DNA of 63,281 nucleotides, counting the filler, from Octopus bimaculoides (taxonomy: Eukaryota): NCBI RefSeq assembly GCF_001194135.2. It is 4 parts of 4 records of this genome, joined end to end, with 100 filler letters (N's around TTAATTAATTAA, not from the genome) between each part and the next. Parts side by side here need not be neighbours in the genome. Positions count along the whole stretch, not along the records: positions 61,250 to 63,281 come from NW_026403516.1; 3 more parts are not named here. One strand, written 5' to 3'. The notes below the pieces were generated by a model. That model ran no database searches, was not told where the DNA came from, and saw only the letters and a program-made list of their open reading frames with translations. This document shows positions 62,455 through 63,281 of this stretch, one piece after another (positions within the stretch are counted from its first letter, which is position 1; every line of letters starts with the position of its first letter). A program made the translations under genes and the position numbers.

Positions 62455-63230
62455 TATAAATGAACGCAAAACACTTATATCCTTTGAAAACAAACTCTGG
62501 TGCCGAGCTAACCAACATAATAATAACTCTAACAACTTATTCGATATAACCATGGGATCATCTGATTCCGCTCTGGCCACTGATTTAGTTGGATTATATA
62601 TACTTCACCAACTGCGCTCACATTTCCCTAATATCCGCAGAAGTCTATATAGGGACGATGCCTTATTACTTACTTGGCCATTAATAAATCTTCTCTGGAA
62701 AGGACTAGAAAGGATCTACACAAATTCTTCTCTAATCTGAATCTATCCATCACATTTGAAAACGCATATAAAACGGCTAACTTTCTAGACGTTACTCTAA
62801 ACCTGTCAAACTCACAATATTCCCCCTATCATAAACCTAACCAATACCTGAAATACCTCAACGTTCACTCTAATCACCACTGATCTACTTTCGATAACAT
62901 AGTCATGGGTATTTCAACCCGCATATCTGATCTATCCTCTTCCGAAGAAATCTTCAACAATCACGCTCCATACAACAATCAAGCTCTCGCCGCTAGTGGT
63001 TTCTCCCAACAAATAAAATACATCCATAACACGCGACTTAAACAATTTATATCCCAAATCACATCCCAAAGACATACCAATAATCACAACCGCAACCAAC
63101 CACCCACATTTTCCAACAGACCCCCACAAACACACTTATAACACTAGGGCTAAATCTAAGATAAATAAAGTAATTAGCAACACCAAAAATGTGGACAACT
63201 CTTCTCCACCTAAATACTTAGATTACAACG
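62455..63230 (+). mobile_element. Second PLE RT fragment of a different (YRDD, Naiad-like) lineage
   Basis: LFDITMGSSDSALATDLVGLYIL, LYRDDALL, NFLDVTLNL..YSPYHKPN..YLNVHSNH, ISTRISDLSSSEEIF; frameshift and stop present. Confidence 0.85.
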
Positions 63231-63281
63231 TACAGAGAACCCCCCCAAAAAAGCGGTGACCGCTCTATACTGTGGTACACC

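Noticed and set aside
62881-62883. In-frame TGA in the Naiad-like RT as possible selenocysteine
   Set aside because: It falls at SNH(P)P, a Pro position, in a copy that also has a frameshift; ordinary decay is more likely.

Overview
Eukaryotic genomic DNA, most likely an octopus draft assembly (inferred from the SINE families and extreme microsatellite density). It has many N gaps and three artificial TTAATTAATTAA scaffold-join linkers. Most of the window is transposable-element debris: RTE-clade LINEs (one near-full-length decayed copy at 24.2-28.2 kb plus many young 3' tails), tRNA-derived SINEs, three mariner copies, hAT and piggyBac-type MITEs, and several Penelope-like elements (PLEs). 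A multi-exon gene of unknown product lies on the minus strand in the CpG-depleted left half; its best exons are 22143-22238, 28330-28572, 29733-29825 and 33093-33212, all symmetric phase 1-1. Three signals stand out. (1) A candidate PLE/hammerhead-ribozyme system: two copies of a minimal type-I hammerhead with a shared non-canonical U6 core, one sitting between identical 175-bp direct repeats, plus four long fold-back elements, at least one carrying a hammerhead core in each arm. (2) An uninterrupted LINE-borne triple C2H2 zinc-finger ORF with a plausible splice acceptor on the host-gene strand. (3) An in-frame UAG in an ADAR-favoured context that separates two phase-compatible open exons. No database searches were run; family assignments come from recognised motifs and TE boundaries are approximate.
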